63,804 bases of DNA, filler included, from Licmophora abbreviata (GCA_900291995.1; 13 parts of 13 records of this genome joined end to end with filler, not necessarily neighbours in it); one strand, 5' to 3'; counted from the first letter of the whole stretch, positions 1 through 12,464 are shown. Made by a program: numbers and translations. Notes: a model not told the origin generated them from the letters alone.

Positions 1-546
1 AGTGTGGGCACCTTGTCGTTTCGTTTGCAACGCGACTCTCATGCTTGACTGTCGTCATTCTCGACTCTGATATTACATCAGGATGCACAGGTGATCCATC
101 TGGGAGACTCACTGTTCAAACAAGAGGAGGGGAGAGCAGCCCGGAAGTCAAAATAGTACAGTAGTCTAGATGGTTGATTGCAGCGCGCAGGTTAGGCGAG
201 TTCGCTATTCTACTTCAAGGGACTAACAAGTAGGCTTCTTTATTTGTCACCGTACTGCACCCCTTCACGTGCAGAAGAGCGAGATTGTTGGGTGTTATAA
301 ATGAGAATTGAGTGCACCAGCAGTATCGGTGGGGGGAGTAGTTCACTGTAGTCGTATGATACGAGTGCTCGTAGTATCGTATCATGTTCAATGTATCATC
401 GGCTGTCCGCGCGAAGGCTCATACCCCATTTTCAATTTTGACTCCGCCGAAAAGGCACAACAACCACGCCGATCTCGTCCTCACTTTTCTCGTTCGTTCT
501 CGTCTTGCTCACCGCCGCCTGTACCGCCAAGACCTGCAAATCCAGC

Positions 547-2172
547 ATGAACGCGTCAGGGCCGAAAGAGTGCGACGTGGAGAGTGGTGTCGACGTCGAC
601 ACGGAAGTTGCTGCCGAGAGCCCGCCAGAAAAAGCTAGCTCGAACGTGGAAATGGATACCTTTTCCCAAAGTGACGACGACGAGCTCAACAGTGCCTCAA
701 CCCACACCGATTCAGACTCTGACGCCGGATGCCCTCCTGCTGAAGACCCCAGTGATCTTGTAGTACAAGCTGCTTCTCTCAAGGAGGAGGGAAACTTGTT
801 CTTCAAGACTGGAGATCTCGTCAAGGCGTCTCGCTCCTACCGCAAGGGTACATCCATGCTGAAGAAACTAAACACCAACAATACAGGCGACGATCAAGTC
901 AAGGCGTTGCTGCTTTCGCTCCAGAATAACTTGAGCATGGTCTGTTTCAAACAAGGCAAAACAAAAGTCAGTCGCGACGTAGCTTCTAGCGCCTTGTCAG
1001 TCGAGTCCGCCAACGTTAAGGCTCTCTACCGACGTGCGGCAGCGAATCGAAAACTGGGAAACCTTGACGAGGCGCGGCATGATCTCAAGGAAGCTCTAAA
1101 GCACGATCCACAAAACTCGTCTGTCAAGAAAGAGCTTATGGCTGTTAAGAGGGAGATGGATTTTGCCACGCAGCGAGAGAAGAAACGACTGCAGAAGGCG
1201 TTCTCTTCCAAGTCGGGAAGCTTCCTCTACGACGACAAGGAACAGGAGAAGCGAATGAAAGAGGAAAAACGAAGAAAGGCAGAGGAGGACGAAAAAGAGG
1301 CAGTCAAACAACGAAAGGTTGAATGGGAGGACGAGTGCGTTAAGCGAATGTCCAACGCTCAACCGGTGATTTCTTTCGAGGATTGGGAGAAGGAACGGAA
1401 AGCTCGTGCCGAGGAGACGCAACGCCAAGCAGAAGAAGAAGAAAAACGTCTAAAGGAGGAGCGCCGGAAAGCACAGGCTAAGGCAAGGCAATCGATGCCC
1501 GTTGTCAACGACGAGAGCGACGAGGACGATGATGAGTTGACCGAAAATGAGCGGGCCATGCTCCGAGGATACAAGAAGACATCCGATGGAAGAACCACCA
1601 GCTACTTCACTCGAGAACTCTCTGCCCACGAAAAGAATATGCTGGGAGACACGGCCCCCAAGCGACTTGCAGAATCCCTGACCACAACAATTGCAGCGGA
1701 AGCCACCCGAGCCGGTACTGCCAACCCCGTGGCATCTGCGTGGAACCAAGCGGGGACTTGGGAGGAGAAAGACACCACCGAGTGGTGCACGTCTCACCTT
1801 CGATCGAAGCTAAAGTCGTCGACGGCCCAGTATGGAGCCTATGTTGCTGTGGTGACGGCAGTAAAGGAACTTTCGGGCGACGCATCAGTCGCACTGACGG
1901 GTGGGAAGAAGCGGTACATCTTCGACTTTCATTGCTCGCTCGACTACGAGATCCGCGATTCGGATGACGAGGAAGTGTTGAGTTCGGGGAGCTTGAACAT
2001 ACCAGACATTTGCAGCACTTCACACGACGAACTTGAAGTCAACGTATCGACTTGGAAGAATGCGCCACACAGCGAGCATGAGGCAGGGGCGCGGACATGC
2101 CGCGACGCGTTGGCGAATCGCGTGCGATCGAGTGTACAGGGATTCGTTGCAGATTTCAACGTCCACTACTGA
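547..2172 (+). CDS. TPR-repeat co-chaperone fused to an Aha1 N-terminal (Hsp90 ATPase activator) domain
   Basis: ATG at 547. FKBP/CyP40-type TPR clamp motifs LKEEGNLFFK, NNLSMVCFK and NVKALYRRA, then a charged coiled coil. C-terminal WNQAGTWEEKD...GDASV...GKKRYIFDF is typical of Aha1_N. Confidence 0.85.
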   Translation: MNASGPKECDVESGVDVDTEVAAESPPEKASSNVEMDTFSQSDDDELNSASTHTDSDSDAGCPPAEDPSDLVVQAASLKEEGNLFFKTGDLVKASRSYRKGTSMLKKLNTNNTGDDQVKALLLSLQNNLSMVCFKQGKTKVSRDVASSALSVESANVKALYRRAAANRKLGNLDEARHDLKEALKHDPQNSSVKKELMAVKREMDFATQREKKRLQKAFSSKSGSFLYDDKEQEKRMKEEKRRKAEEDEKEAVKQRKVEWEDECVKRMSNAQPVISFEDWEKERKARAEETQRQAEEEEKRLKEERRKAQAKARQSMPVVNDESDEDDDELTENERAMLRGYKKTSDGRTTSYFTRELSAHEKNMLGDTAPKRLAESLTTTIAAEATRAGTANPVASAWNQAGTWEEKDTTEWCTSHLRSKLKSSTAQYGAYVAVVTAVKELSGDASVALTGGKKRYIFDFHCSLDYEIRDSDDEEVLSSGSLNIPDICSTSHDELEVNVSTWKNAPHSEHEAGARTCRDALANRVRSSVQGFVADFNVHY

Positions 2173-2289
2173 GATGTCGCTGATCGTTGTCGACCATGCG
2201 ACTGACGCTTTCTACGATAGCAGACTATAGAAACACTGTAGTACTCAATCAAATGCTAGCTAGGGAGAAAACAACTTTGTTTGGTCGAG

Positions 2290-5200
2290 TCACTGCTCTT
2301 TCTTTACGGCGGGATCTGTCATGCCTTCCATCTCGTCGTCGGGTGTTTCACCCAACCGTGGCTTGAAAGGAACGGCGACATCATCTGCATGGTCAGGTGT
2401 AGCAATGTAGCGCTCCAAGTCTGTTGTTACGTTTTTCTTCAGCAACAAGTGGTCGATCGCACCATATCCGAGAACGGCATTTGCGGCAAGCCATCCTCCA
2501 ACTATCGACCCAGCAAAAGAGTCGCCAACAGTCAAATCAGTCCCCGCCATGAACAGTCCTGGATACGGAGTACCTGGGCGTATTCCCTTTGCTGCAAAGC
2601 GCTCAGGGTTGTGACTGAGACCCTTGAACGTCGGCCCTCGAAGTTCCGCATGTTCAATTTTCCCTATGAATGAAAACGTCCGTGAGTTGCGCTCCTGCAG
2701 AGTGCGAATGGTCAGTCATCAAAAACGTACCGTCAAGCTGCGGAAAAGCCCCTATGAGCGCCTTCGTTACCCTATCCAACAGTCGCTGCCGTTGCTCCGT
2801 ATTGCTCATTCCATCCTTCAGAATTGCAAACAGCTTCGGTTTCGTCGCAAACTGGAGCACAAAGTCATCGTCGGCCTCAACTGTGACAACGCACGTCGTA
2901 ATCCCCGCGCCATGGCAAGCTGAGAACGAAGGATCTTTCGCAGACGGGAAGGAGATTTTAAGCCACGAAGCTTCTGGGTCGAACTTGAATCTACCACTTT
3001 TCTGTGGTCTTGCAGAAATTGACCCTTCTAGAGTGTCCTTCTCGACAGGTTTGTCTTTACCGTCGACAGGGCTGTCTCCGTGCTCAACTGTCGATGTGTT
3101 GTTGGTCCCACCGACGGCCCATCCTACTTCCCCCAAAGCGGCTACGCCGGTTTCCGGGTTAATCTCATCGATCGCTAAAGCAGCCGCCGGCAGCCGATAA
3201 AAGTCTGCCCCGGTCACACAGAGATCCTCTGCGGACCCTTGCAAGCCAAATAAAACATTGACAACAGGACGCTGTTCTGTAAGTGCTGGAAGCCCTCGTG
3301 GGACTTTGTATGCTGTTCGTATGTTCTCCGGAAGCAGCCTTACAAAAGTATCAACGAAGCCGTGCGTGGAGATAACGGCCTGGTTCATCTCTGAAGTACT
3401 GCTGCGTTGGTTCGCGAGACGTAGCTCTCGACCGTCCACAAGCTCCACGCCGACGCACCGTGGACACTCGATCTCCGTGTTTTCGCGGCCTGACGATGCC
3501 ATCGGATTACTAGCGTCTCGCTCTTCCCTAAACAATAGTTCTTTGATCTTGACTCCTGTCAAAATTTTCCCACCTGACTGTTCGACTGCTGCCGCGAAAG
3601 CGTGGCACAACGCTCTTGGACCACCAATTGGGTAGTGCATGCCTTCGCCACTCAATGCTGCGCACAAGTGGGTGACATGGGCAGCCATGCTGGTACTGTT
3701 AGGCCGAATGTTTTCACCCTTCATACCAATCCCAGCCATAAGCGAACGCAAATGTGCATTGAGAGGAAAACATTTATCGAGAAAATTAGAAACAAATCGG
3801 ACAGAGCTTGCTTCGTATGTGCTCTTGTTCCTCAAATCGTTGATTCTGTCCGGCAGGATCTTGGAGAGATAGAACTCTGCGGAAGATACATTCATTCCCG
3901 TGCATGCATCGACGTACGCACCACTCAGCGAATTTCCGTTGCTACCGTCGTTCGCAGGCCACCCATCTCCCAAGTACGTTGCGGCATCATCCATTAGGGT
4001 GTGCTTTCCTCCCACCGCGCGCAACACAAAGGGGACTTCATCAGCAGATCCTTCAGTCCCCATGCCCGGAATCGACAAGATCTCGAAAGCATATCCATCG
4101 GCAGCGGTCCCGATCTGAGCGAACCGAACGCCCCCTTGATAGTCCGTAGACGTACACAATGCCGGCGCCATGATCTCTTGCTGTCGACTAATGCGAGCAA
4201 CATTCGAAGCCTCCACGTCAAACGGTACCGATCCGTATTTCTTCTCCAGGGCAGCGCTCGGATACTTCAGGAACGAAAGGCACCCAGCTGCGTCATCTTT
4301 GGATGATAGAACGAGAACCGATCGTCCAGCTCGAGCAAGGAGAGAAGCCGTGTACAGAGTTGCTGGGCCCGACCCGAGAATGATCGTGTCGTAGGACGAC
4401 ATTTTAATGTTCTCGCCTTCGCAAAGCTTTGTTCCCACAGACCGAAGCAGTGCCTCTTTTTTGGAATCTTCAGCTGACTTAGTAGAGCCTGACTTCGTTG
4501 CGTAGTATGGCCGCACCGGCTCTGTTCGAGGCTTCATGCCCCGCACCAGCTTGGTTTTCCGCTTGCTAAACTCATGCATCCCGAGCGCAACGATCAGCAC
4601 GAGCGCCCAAGGCTGCAGTCCAATTATAAAGAACAAGGAAGCAAGAGCCAAAATTTCCCATCGCACCTTGTTGCGTTGCATCATGAAGAGAATTACGACT
4701 GCTGTGGTTCGAGGGATAGGAGGATCTCCTTGCCGAAACGGGCTGAACTCTCCCATGGCATACTTTCTTTGCATTGACTTGAGAAAGACCTCGATTTCAG
4801 GATGATTTGTAATGAAAGGACGAAGAATTCCATATTTTTCATCGAGCTGTCTTTCGAACTTTGCGGCGCTAAGGTGAATCTTCCATTCGTTCTTGGGAGC
4901 TGAAAAATACTTGGACGTATCTGTTGTCATGTCCGTGAACTCATCGACCATGTACTTCGAGCTGTATAGAGGCGGGCGAGGTGGACCGTTGCCTTCCGCC
5001 ATGGCAGATGCATCCATATCTACTTTGACTTCATCGGTCCCTTTGATTCCAAGTCCTTTCACGCTGTCTTCGTATTCCAGCAATTCATGGGCATAGTCTT
5101 CCAACTCTTGGTTGGCAATCTGAATGAACTGCGGTGTGTACACCGAAGCCAAGAGGTTCGACGACACCGAGCCAACTATCAAGCCGGCGGAAGAATACTT

Positions 5201-5535
5201 TGGAGACTTCTTTGGTGAAATCTTGCGGAGATGCCTCTCCCGGCCGTTCAATCGCCCCATACGCATGGTGAAAGGCTGATTTGTATAGAAATCTAGACTC
5301 CCACTTCCTGATGAACGAAGTAGCGCGCCAAACTTTCCAAATGAAGAGTCCGTCGACGATTCCAGCGCCACCAGCAGACTGACTCCACTAGATTGGGAAG
5401 TAGGGCACCACGTCCACTGAACGTTCTAGGTGCGGAACGGCACACGGCAAGGTCAAGGTGTGAAGGTGATGTCTTCTTCCAACAAATCACAAGAGTGAAA
5501 TCAAGGGTCAAGGGGGATTTCAGATTGATTAGCAT
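2290..5535 (-). CDS. All-trans-retinol 13,14-reductase / phytoene-desaturase-like FAD oxidoreductase with a long N-terminal extension and TM segment
   Basis: Motifs YDTIILGSGP, YPIGGP..L, ISFPSAKDPS and GLSHNPERFAAKGIRPGTPYPGLFMAG. Intron 2730..2664 (GT..AG) restores the frame to the last exon, which ends at 2290. The 5' end is uncertain: putative ATG 5535 with a weak-donor intron of about 64 nt. Confidence 0.75.
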
Positions 5536-5794
5536 GGTTCTTGCGGTTCCACGTGAAAGCTTCCTCACGGATGAGTCGAGTGAGTCGAAAACGTGACGTC
5601 GTCTGCGAACACCCAAGATCCAAGCAGCATCCGATCTGTATTTTCAATTTTCAATTTGACCTTGATAAACATGCTCACGAACGTCGACACAGTTGCCGTG
5701 GCACTCTCCGCTGAGCCTAATCGGTCGGCGTCAGTGTACAAGGGCGTCTACCTTTATAGTGTACTTCATTCTCTTCTTTGTATGTACAATCACC

Positions 5795-8224
5795 TCACCA
5801 CCCACCATCGTTCTCTGGTCCAAAATCATCTTCGCCGTCTCCCATCGCAAATACGTAAACTTTATCCTTCTCGTAGCAGGGAATGTATAGCTTAGCATAT
5901 CCAGATTTTTGCTCGGCGGAGCAAAAGTTGTCGTATCCGACACCAATACTTCCAACTGTGGCGCCGCATTCGATCTCGCACATGAGCTTGTACCGCGCAT
6001 TGGAGTCCGCACTGGGACTACAGTTTCCTTCCGCCTGGTCAGAAGGACGGTAAATGTATGCAGACTCTGCGCAATCCCCTGCGATAGCAATGAGTGGCCG
6101 CTTTCTCCTCGGGTCGCCATCCTTTGAAGGGTAAAAGGTGTAGACAAACCCAGGGGCACCTGGATTGATCATGTTTCCAATCTGGCCTTTCACTCGGAAC
6201 CCCGACGCGACCGTCGTTCGCAGCCAGGGCTCGCTCTTCCAAGCGTTCTTCCCCCCAGGGACACGATACGCAAAAAGGGATCCACTAGCCGACCCCGATC
6301 GCTCTTTATCACTCTCAGATACGACTTCTGGTCGGTCAGCATGGGTGTTGTCGTCATAGCTACACTCGTGACTTGTTACCAAGAGGTGGGAGAATGCGTC
6401 TCCGGGCTTCTGGGTCTGCACCGTGCTACCGGAGTCGACAATAACTCTTTTCGAGCGAGAAGGGTCGTTCGGGAGTGTTTCACTGTCTAAGTCGGAGAGG
6501 ATCGATCCAAAGGCAGCCCCACACGTGTTGTCCAACGTTCGCCGAAATATTACCTTCGGTACAGGCCCACGCTGGATGGAATGTAGCGTTACGCGCTTCC
6601 CAAAGAACTGGCTGGAAATAACCTCGACAGTGTCGTCGGACGTATCCATGTCCGCAACTGTGAACATCACGTCAGGACCTTCATCCAGCACGCTGAAGAA
6701 AGCGAAAGAGACATGTGAGCCAAGTGCGGTCCCGGGCTTGTATTCTCGGCACCATCCATACGACGCACGGAAGCACTAGACTTACTGGATCTTCCACGGG
6801 ATATGACGCGTACTGAATGGGTCAAATATGGTGCCATCTCGCTCTAGTGGCGTTCCAGTGTCTTCGTCGACAGAATGAGGTTTCGGCATTTCGAGCCATA
6901 CCAGCTGTCCTTTCCTTGCGCTATGCTCTGCCGAGTCAGTCGTTCGACTGCCACTCTTGAGCAGCGACGGTGGTTTGGCACGGGCTGTTAAGATTGACTT
7001 ATGGCCGTCTCCAGTAAGATCAACCCACACGGCTCTGTGATAGAACCAGGGCTCGCTCTCCGCCTTGCCTCCTGTCAAGCAAATGTTCCATTCCGACTTC
7101 TGGTTACCAGGATACTTGACAACATAGAGCCCCCCCTTATCCTTTCCGGGTACCAGAAAACCATCACTAATGAGTAGCGCGTCTTCCAATTCTTCCATAC
7201 TAGTCGTTCGCGATCCGCGTTCATTTGAATCATCATACATGACACCACCGACGCGGTAACGAGGCAACGGAACCGAGTTCGATTCGTTCGGCCATCGTAT
7301 GAAACTAGTCGTCCTATCACCGACCGACTCTATATGTCCTGTTTCGGCATCAAAGCTCTGTAAGGATCCCTTGGAGCTGGCCAAGGAAAAGCCTGTGATC
7401 CACACTCGGTCTCGATATGGAGCTTGCCACCGCGTACTCTCAATCTGCTCGAAGACCGCCGTATTTCGCTTCCATTGATTCCAGGAGTGCTCCGCAGCGA
7501 CGCGCTGTACCGCTGCCGACGACCCAGCCCCATTGGCAGGCAAGACGTTCACGTATCCTGGATTTTTGATGTGAATCTCCGCTAAAAGTTCCAAGCTAAC
7601 CAACGTGCATTGGTCCACCAGCTCTTCCCGTTCGCCTTCGTCAATCCACTGGAACCGATCAAAGGAAGCCAAGCTGCGATCGACAGTCGTTCCATTAACA
7701 AATATTTGTGCACTCGCTGCTGATCTGTCACGTCCAATTCCCAGCCATCGCCGTGTGGGAGTGTCTTGTATAGTGACTCGCAGAGGGAACCTCCCGGTAA
7801 CGAAGCGTTGTCGGTCGGAGGACTGACTTAAGATACTCTGATGAAATTTGGAGAGCCCTTCTGTCCTTAGAGAGGGCGCCGCTGGTATCCTTGTTTTATC
7901 ATTGAGTTTCAGGATACTATCGGCTATGTCTCTTTCCTCTTGGGGGGTCGAAAAGTCTTTCGGTACGGACGTCGCCTGGCGTACGGCAGATGCTCTTCGC
8001 CATCGGCGCGCGGTCCTGAAGTTGGCTCTTTGCCATATCTGAGGCACCGAACAGAGACCTAGCGACGTGTCCTGACAATCGGTTGTCTGTAAAACAGTCG
8101 ACGGGTGAGTACTGAACCCCCCAACTGAGGAAATTAGAGAAAGGAGCGTCCAACAAAGTATTGTCGAGAGTACTGAAGAGCGGTATGTTCCGTGACCCCA
8201 TGTTCTTTCGTTTCTTTTCCTCAT
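5795..8224 (-). CDS. FG-GAP/VCBS-like beta-propeller protein with predicted signal or plastid presequence, function unknown
   Basis: Intron 6785..6693 (GTAAG..TTCAG) joins two ORFs in frame (PWKIH-VLDEGPD). Ca-blade-like motifs VDLTGDG and ADMDTSD. Hydrophobic N-terminus ending SVGG-FST. Confidence 0.65.
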
Positions 8225-8654
8225 TCTCTCTTACAATCACAGCGCTACGATTTGCATCCAACGACTGAAAAGGGTCGAGAATGGTGTGCGGCGAGTCCCT
8301 CCGACGGAAAGGCTTCCTGTTTTCTCATGGACTGCGTCAGTAATGGTGTCGGCAGTCGTCCGCCGCCATCAGCCACATCTCACATCATCGCACATCACTT
8401 TCAACTTTCAACTTGCCTTCGTGCGTGGTTTGTGGTACCCGGCAGCAGGCACTGTAGGGAGTTCGGAATCTTGCAAATTGATATTTTCGTTTCATAAGTA
8501 TGACGTGGGAAGATGAATGGGAATGTCTACGGTGAGCGGCCAGACGGCGGGTCGCTGACGTACGTGTTTCTCGAAAGAGACTTGGAACGCACATTCATAT
8601 CCGCAACACGCACAATTGTATCTCTGTGTCAAACAGCAGACGAGACTGGAGACG

Positions 8655-10131
8655 ATGTCGCCCATGAAGAAAGCGTTTCTAGTGGCATTGGCCTTAACGG
8701 CGACAGCCGAGGCCAGTGCGTTTGTGCCCCGTCCTGCTGCGGTGAAGAATGCTGTCCGCGCTGCTACCAAGAATGGCGCATGTTTGCCGCGGCCTACCAC
8801 GTGAGTTTTGTCTAGATGCCTCTGATCAAACTGGGAATCTCGTCAGTTTTGAGCAATTGAAGGGAAATGGGGGCACACGGAGGCACCAGTCTATTCCAGT
8901 GGCTCGACGACTTTTGGTTTCATTTTGAGTGACTGTCCGGGGCTGTGTCTCTGGGGGTGACTTGCTGTTCGCGAGTCTTGACACTGAACAACGAGAAAGC
9001 CCTGCCCGTCGGATAAGGCCGATGACGTTTTTCCGAGACAATGAATCTTTGACTGTTGCATTATCGACAACAACTCAACTATGCCATTCGTTTTCACTTC
9101 CCCATGACAGCGGCGACGCGCTGAAGAGCTCGACATCGTTGGCCCTTTCGACTGCAGGTGGGGCCAAGGCGGCTGCAGCTGAAGAGCCGGAGGGAAGCGG
9201 CTTGATGGAGACCCTTCAGATTGGCGCTTACTTTGCCTTGTGGTACCTGTTCAACATTGGATACAACATCTACAACAAGCAGGCCCTAAACGTACTCGAC
9301 TTCCCGTGGACCATTGCTACAATCCAAATGGCAACTGGTATTGCCTACTTCGTACCTCTTTGGCTCCTCGGAATTCGCAAGGCTCCCAAGCTCAGTGGAT
9401 CTGATCTCAAGACTCTCTTCCCAATTGCTCTATGCCACACCGGAGTTCATGTAGGAGCTGTCGTTGCTCTGGGTGCGGGTGCTGTTTCTTTCGCTCACAT
9501 TGTCAAGGCTTCTGAGCCTGTTGTGACCTGCGGCCTAAACGCACTCCTGCTTGGTGAGGTACTCCCTCTCCCGGTGTATATGACTCTCCTTCCCATTATT
9601 GGCGGAGTTGCCATTGCATCCATGAAGGAGCTCTCTTTTACCGTCTTGGCACTCTGTGCCGCCATGCTGTCCAATGTGTCATCCGCCGCTCGCGGTGTCC
9701 TGTCCAAAAAGACCATGTCAGGCAAGAAGATTGGCGAGAACCTCGATGCCCAAAACCTATACGCTGTCTTGACGGCCATGTCGACCCTAGTGTTGATCCC
9801 AATGATGCTTGCCGTCGAGGGAACAGGCTTTATGAGCGCATTCAGCAAGCTTGTAGATGCAGGCGACTTCACGAAGAAGAGTCTGTTGTCACTCCTGGCG
9901 TTGGGTGGTGCGACGTACTACGCTTACAACGAGGTTGCCTTCTTGGCTCTCGGCAAGGTGAATCCCGTAACGCACGCGGTCGGTAACACCATTAAGCGTG
10001 TGGTGATTATCGTGGCATCAGTGGTGGCCTTCAAGACTCCAATGAGCACGGGCTCTATCATTGGGTCGTCGATTGCTATCGCTGGTACCCTCCTCTATTC
10101 TCTTGCAATGAATGCCAGTAAGAAGAAGTAG
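8655..10131 (+). CDS. Plastid triose-phosphate/phosphate translocator (TPT/pPT family)
   Basis: Exon 1 is 8655..8800 (MKKAFLVALALTATAEASA-FVP, a bipartite ASAF signal). Intron 8801..9110 (GTGAGT..CAG) is in frame. Motifs WYLFNIGYNIYNK, SFAHIVKASEP and VTHAVGNTIKRVVII. Confidence 0.95.
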
Positions 10132-10553
10132 ATGTAGACTACCGTTATCGTACGTAATAAAGATATGTCGCGCTACTGTGCTGAATTTTGCAGATGCGAT
10201 GTGTGGTAATACTATATGGGTGCGTTCGCCACGACCGGCTGATCGTTTAGATGCAATCTCTCTTGACTGGATTGTCGAAAGTCCTGTAGAACCACTCGCT
10301 ACCGGGTATATCACCAAATCCTTATGGGGTGGCTAAGGCAGCTTTCGAGTTCCGTTCATGGATTGACTGGAGCATTGGTTGAGAAAGGACATGGAGTACC
10401 AGGTACCGGAACCTATACGGAGTCGTTACTTGGTAGAGACAAACGGCGCTCTATAGAAAGAAGAGCAAGATTAACCATGGTACTCGTATGTATTGAGGAG
10501 GGGGGCTTTTTCGATGTGTTAGCAACTCGAGCTCTGATGATTCGAGTTCGTAT

Positions 10554-10653
10554 NNNNNNNNNNNNNNNNNNNNNNNNNNNNNNNNNNNNNNNNNNNNTTA
10601 ATTAATTAANNNNNNNNNNNNNNNNNNNNNNNNNNNNNNNNNNNNNNNNNNNN
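10554..10653. other. Artificial assembly spacer N44-TTAATTAATTAA-N44 (first of 12)
   Basis: Identical 100-nt six-frame-stop linkers also lie at 13226-13325, 15508-15607, 21286-21385, 24880-24979, 34105-34204, 47904-48003, 53399-53498, 55206-55305, 57746-57845, 61296-61395 and 62635-62734. Confidence 0.98.
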
Positions 10654-11348
10654 GGTAAAGAGTTACGAAGCCAAGGTCCCGGGTGTAGGAAAAGGGGGGG
10701 GGGGGTCATTCGTATCAAGAGCTTTAGTGGAACAATGCCCTGGGTAGGCGCGCTTACTAGAGAGACGGCACGGACATGATATGACAACGAGGAGAAGCGT
10801 GCCTCGGGCAACAAGCGATGAAAGTGGCGCAAGTGTAGTTGCACTAAGTGCATAAATTAGTCTCTCATAGTCTTATATGGAAGATTCAAGCCTCATTTAG
10901 AAGTGCCGCTCCATTCTGCCTCGTAATTGGGGGTTTGCGATGTACTCCCAAGGCCCGCGAAATGCAATTCGAAATGCCTTCCGTCTGACATCGCACCAAG
11001 CTCGAATTCCCTCCAGCAGATATTCCGAATTCCCTCCCGCTGGTACTCCTCTACTTTGACCTCCCGTATGTACACCCCCTACATACTTCTACTACCGGAC
11101 TATCGTCCGGTAAACCGGATTTACACTTCATCAGTTTTGTGTAGATACGCGGTTTGATCATTGATTGAATGCTTTTGTGCTTTCCTCTGATGGAAGACGG
11201 ATATATGGCGGGCGAGGATCGACAATCGCGTTGCTCTGACGGCAGAGCAGTGAGTGCGGACATGCCGGCCTGTGCTCAGACGCCGTTATTGTATTCGCTC
11301 TTACGACCCCAGTCGACCAGGAGATGGACGGTTGCCTGTACCCATTCT

Positions 11349-12464
11349 ATGGGGCAACCAAACAACAATAGTCGAAAGAGACCATCTACGCGTACACGAC
11401 CGTTTCCTCTGGTGCTGCTGGGCGTCGCAGTGCTCTTGCTGCAGACGGCACAGGCACTTTCTGCTCGCTCTCTCATCGGACGCCGACACATGAGCGAACC
11501 TTCCGTACCTAACAGTAGCGAAACTTCCATGCAGGGCTCAAACTCAGGGTCAATTGAGACGTATGAGCACGACGGATGGAAGCTTTCATTTCGATTCAAA
11601 GCGGCTTGTCCTGGGTACGAGGCCGAATCTCCCATCTTGCTAATTCACCCCGTTGGTATCGGACTGAGCTCATGGTTCTGGGAGAAGTTCTTCGCTGAAT
11701 GGATGGGTCCATCGCTTTTTGCACCAGACTTGATCGGATGCGGCGTCAAGAACGGTGGCGACGCATGGGATCCAGAGAAACGTAGTCTCGAGTTTCCTCT
11801 CGCATGGTCACAAGGGTGCGAGAAACTTCTTGAGAGTCGAATCATCCGAGGTGATACAACCGGTTTGGTCGGTTCACTGCCGTTCGCGAGAAGATGGGGA
11901 TTGTCAAAATGTGTAGTGATCTCGCAAGGTGGACTCGCTCCCGTAGGCGTCGTTTTGGCGGCAAGAAATCCAGAGATAGTATCTCATCTTGTCCTGGCGT
12001 CACCGCCCTCCTGGAAAGACATGACTACGTCGATCCCAGAGAAAGAGCTGGCCCGAAACAACAATTTCTTGCGGTCACCTATCTTTGGACCTCCTTCATT
12101 CGGATTGTTGGAATCTCGATGGGCCATCGAGTTCTTCTCCAATGCGTTTCTGTTCGAGGATAAGTGTGACCGGCGCTGGCTTGACTTGGCAAGCAGTGAG
12201 ATTGACATCCAGAGCCGCCAACCGGTAATTGCATTTAACTCTGGATTCTGCAACCGTCGATCTTTTCTGACGGAACTCGAGACACTTCCCCAGCCGACAC
12301 TTGTTCTATCCGGTACAGGTGATCGTCGTGTATCACAGCGCGAAAAATACGAACAGCAGATGCGGCAATGTGCGCTGCAAAGTCTGCCGGGACTCAACGT
12401 TTTGCCATGGGAGTCACCGCATCAATTCTGCGACGCAATTAGAGAGTTTTGCTACAATGGCTAG
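11349..12464 (+). CDS. Alpha/beta-hydrolase fold protein with signal peptide, atypical catalytic motifs
   Basis: Motifs PILLIHPVG, APDLIGCG, HLVLASPP, QPTLVLSG and LPWESP. Hydrophobic leader LVLLGVAVLLLQTAQA-L. The start codon is uncertain. Confidence 0.8.
   Translation: MGQPNNNSRKRPSTRTRPFPLVLLGVAVLLLQTAQALSARSLIGRRHMSEPSVPNSSETSMQGSNSGSIETYEHDGWKLSFRFKAACPGYEAESPILLIHPVGIGLSSWFWEKFFAEWMGPSLFAPDLIGCGVKNGGDAWDPEKRSLEFPLAWSQGCEKLLESRIIRGDTTGLVGSLPFARRWGLSKCVVISQGGLAPVGVVLAARNPEIVSHLVLASPPSWKDMTTSIPEKELARNNNFLRSPIFGPPSFGLLESRWAIEFFSNAFLFEDKCDRRWLDLASSEIDIQSRQPVIAFNSGFCNRRSFLTELETLPQPTLVLSGTGDRRVSQREKYEQQMRQCALQSLPGLNVLPWESPHQFCDAIREFCYNG

Noticed and set aside
5521..5550. GATTAGCATGG resembling U6 snRNA
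   Set aside because: There is no ACAGAGA box or downstream U6 stem, and it overlaps a putative start codon on the minus strand.
10689..10830. A4G12 purine tract as an LTR polypurine tract
   Set aside because: It is not followed by a TG LTR start, and there are no gag/RT/integrase remnants nearby.
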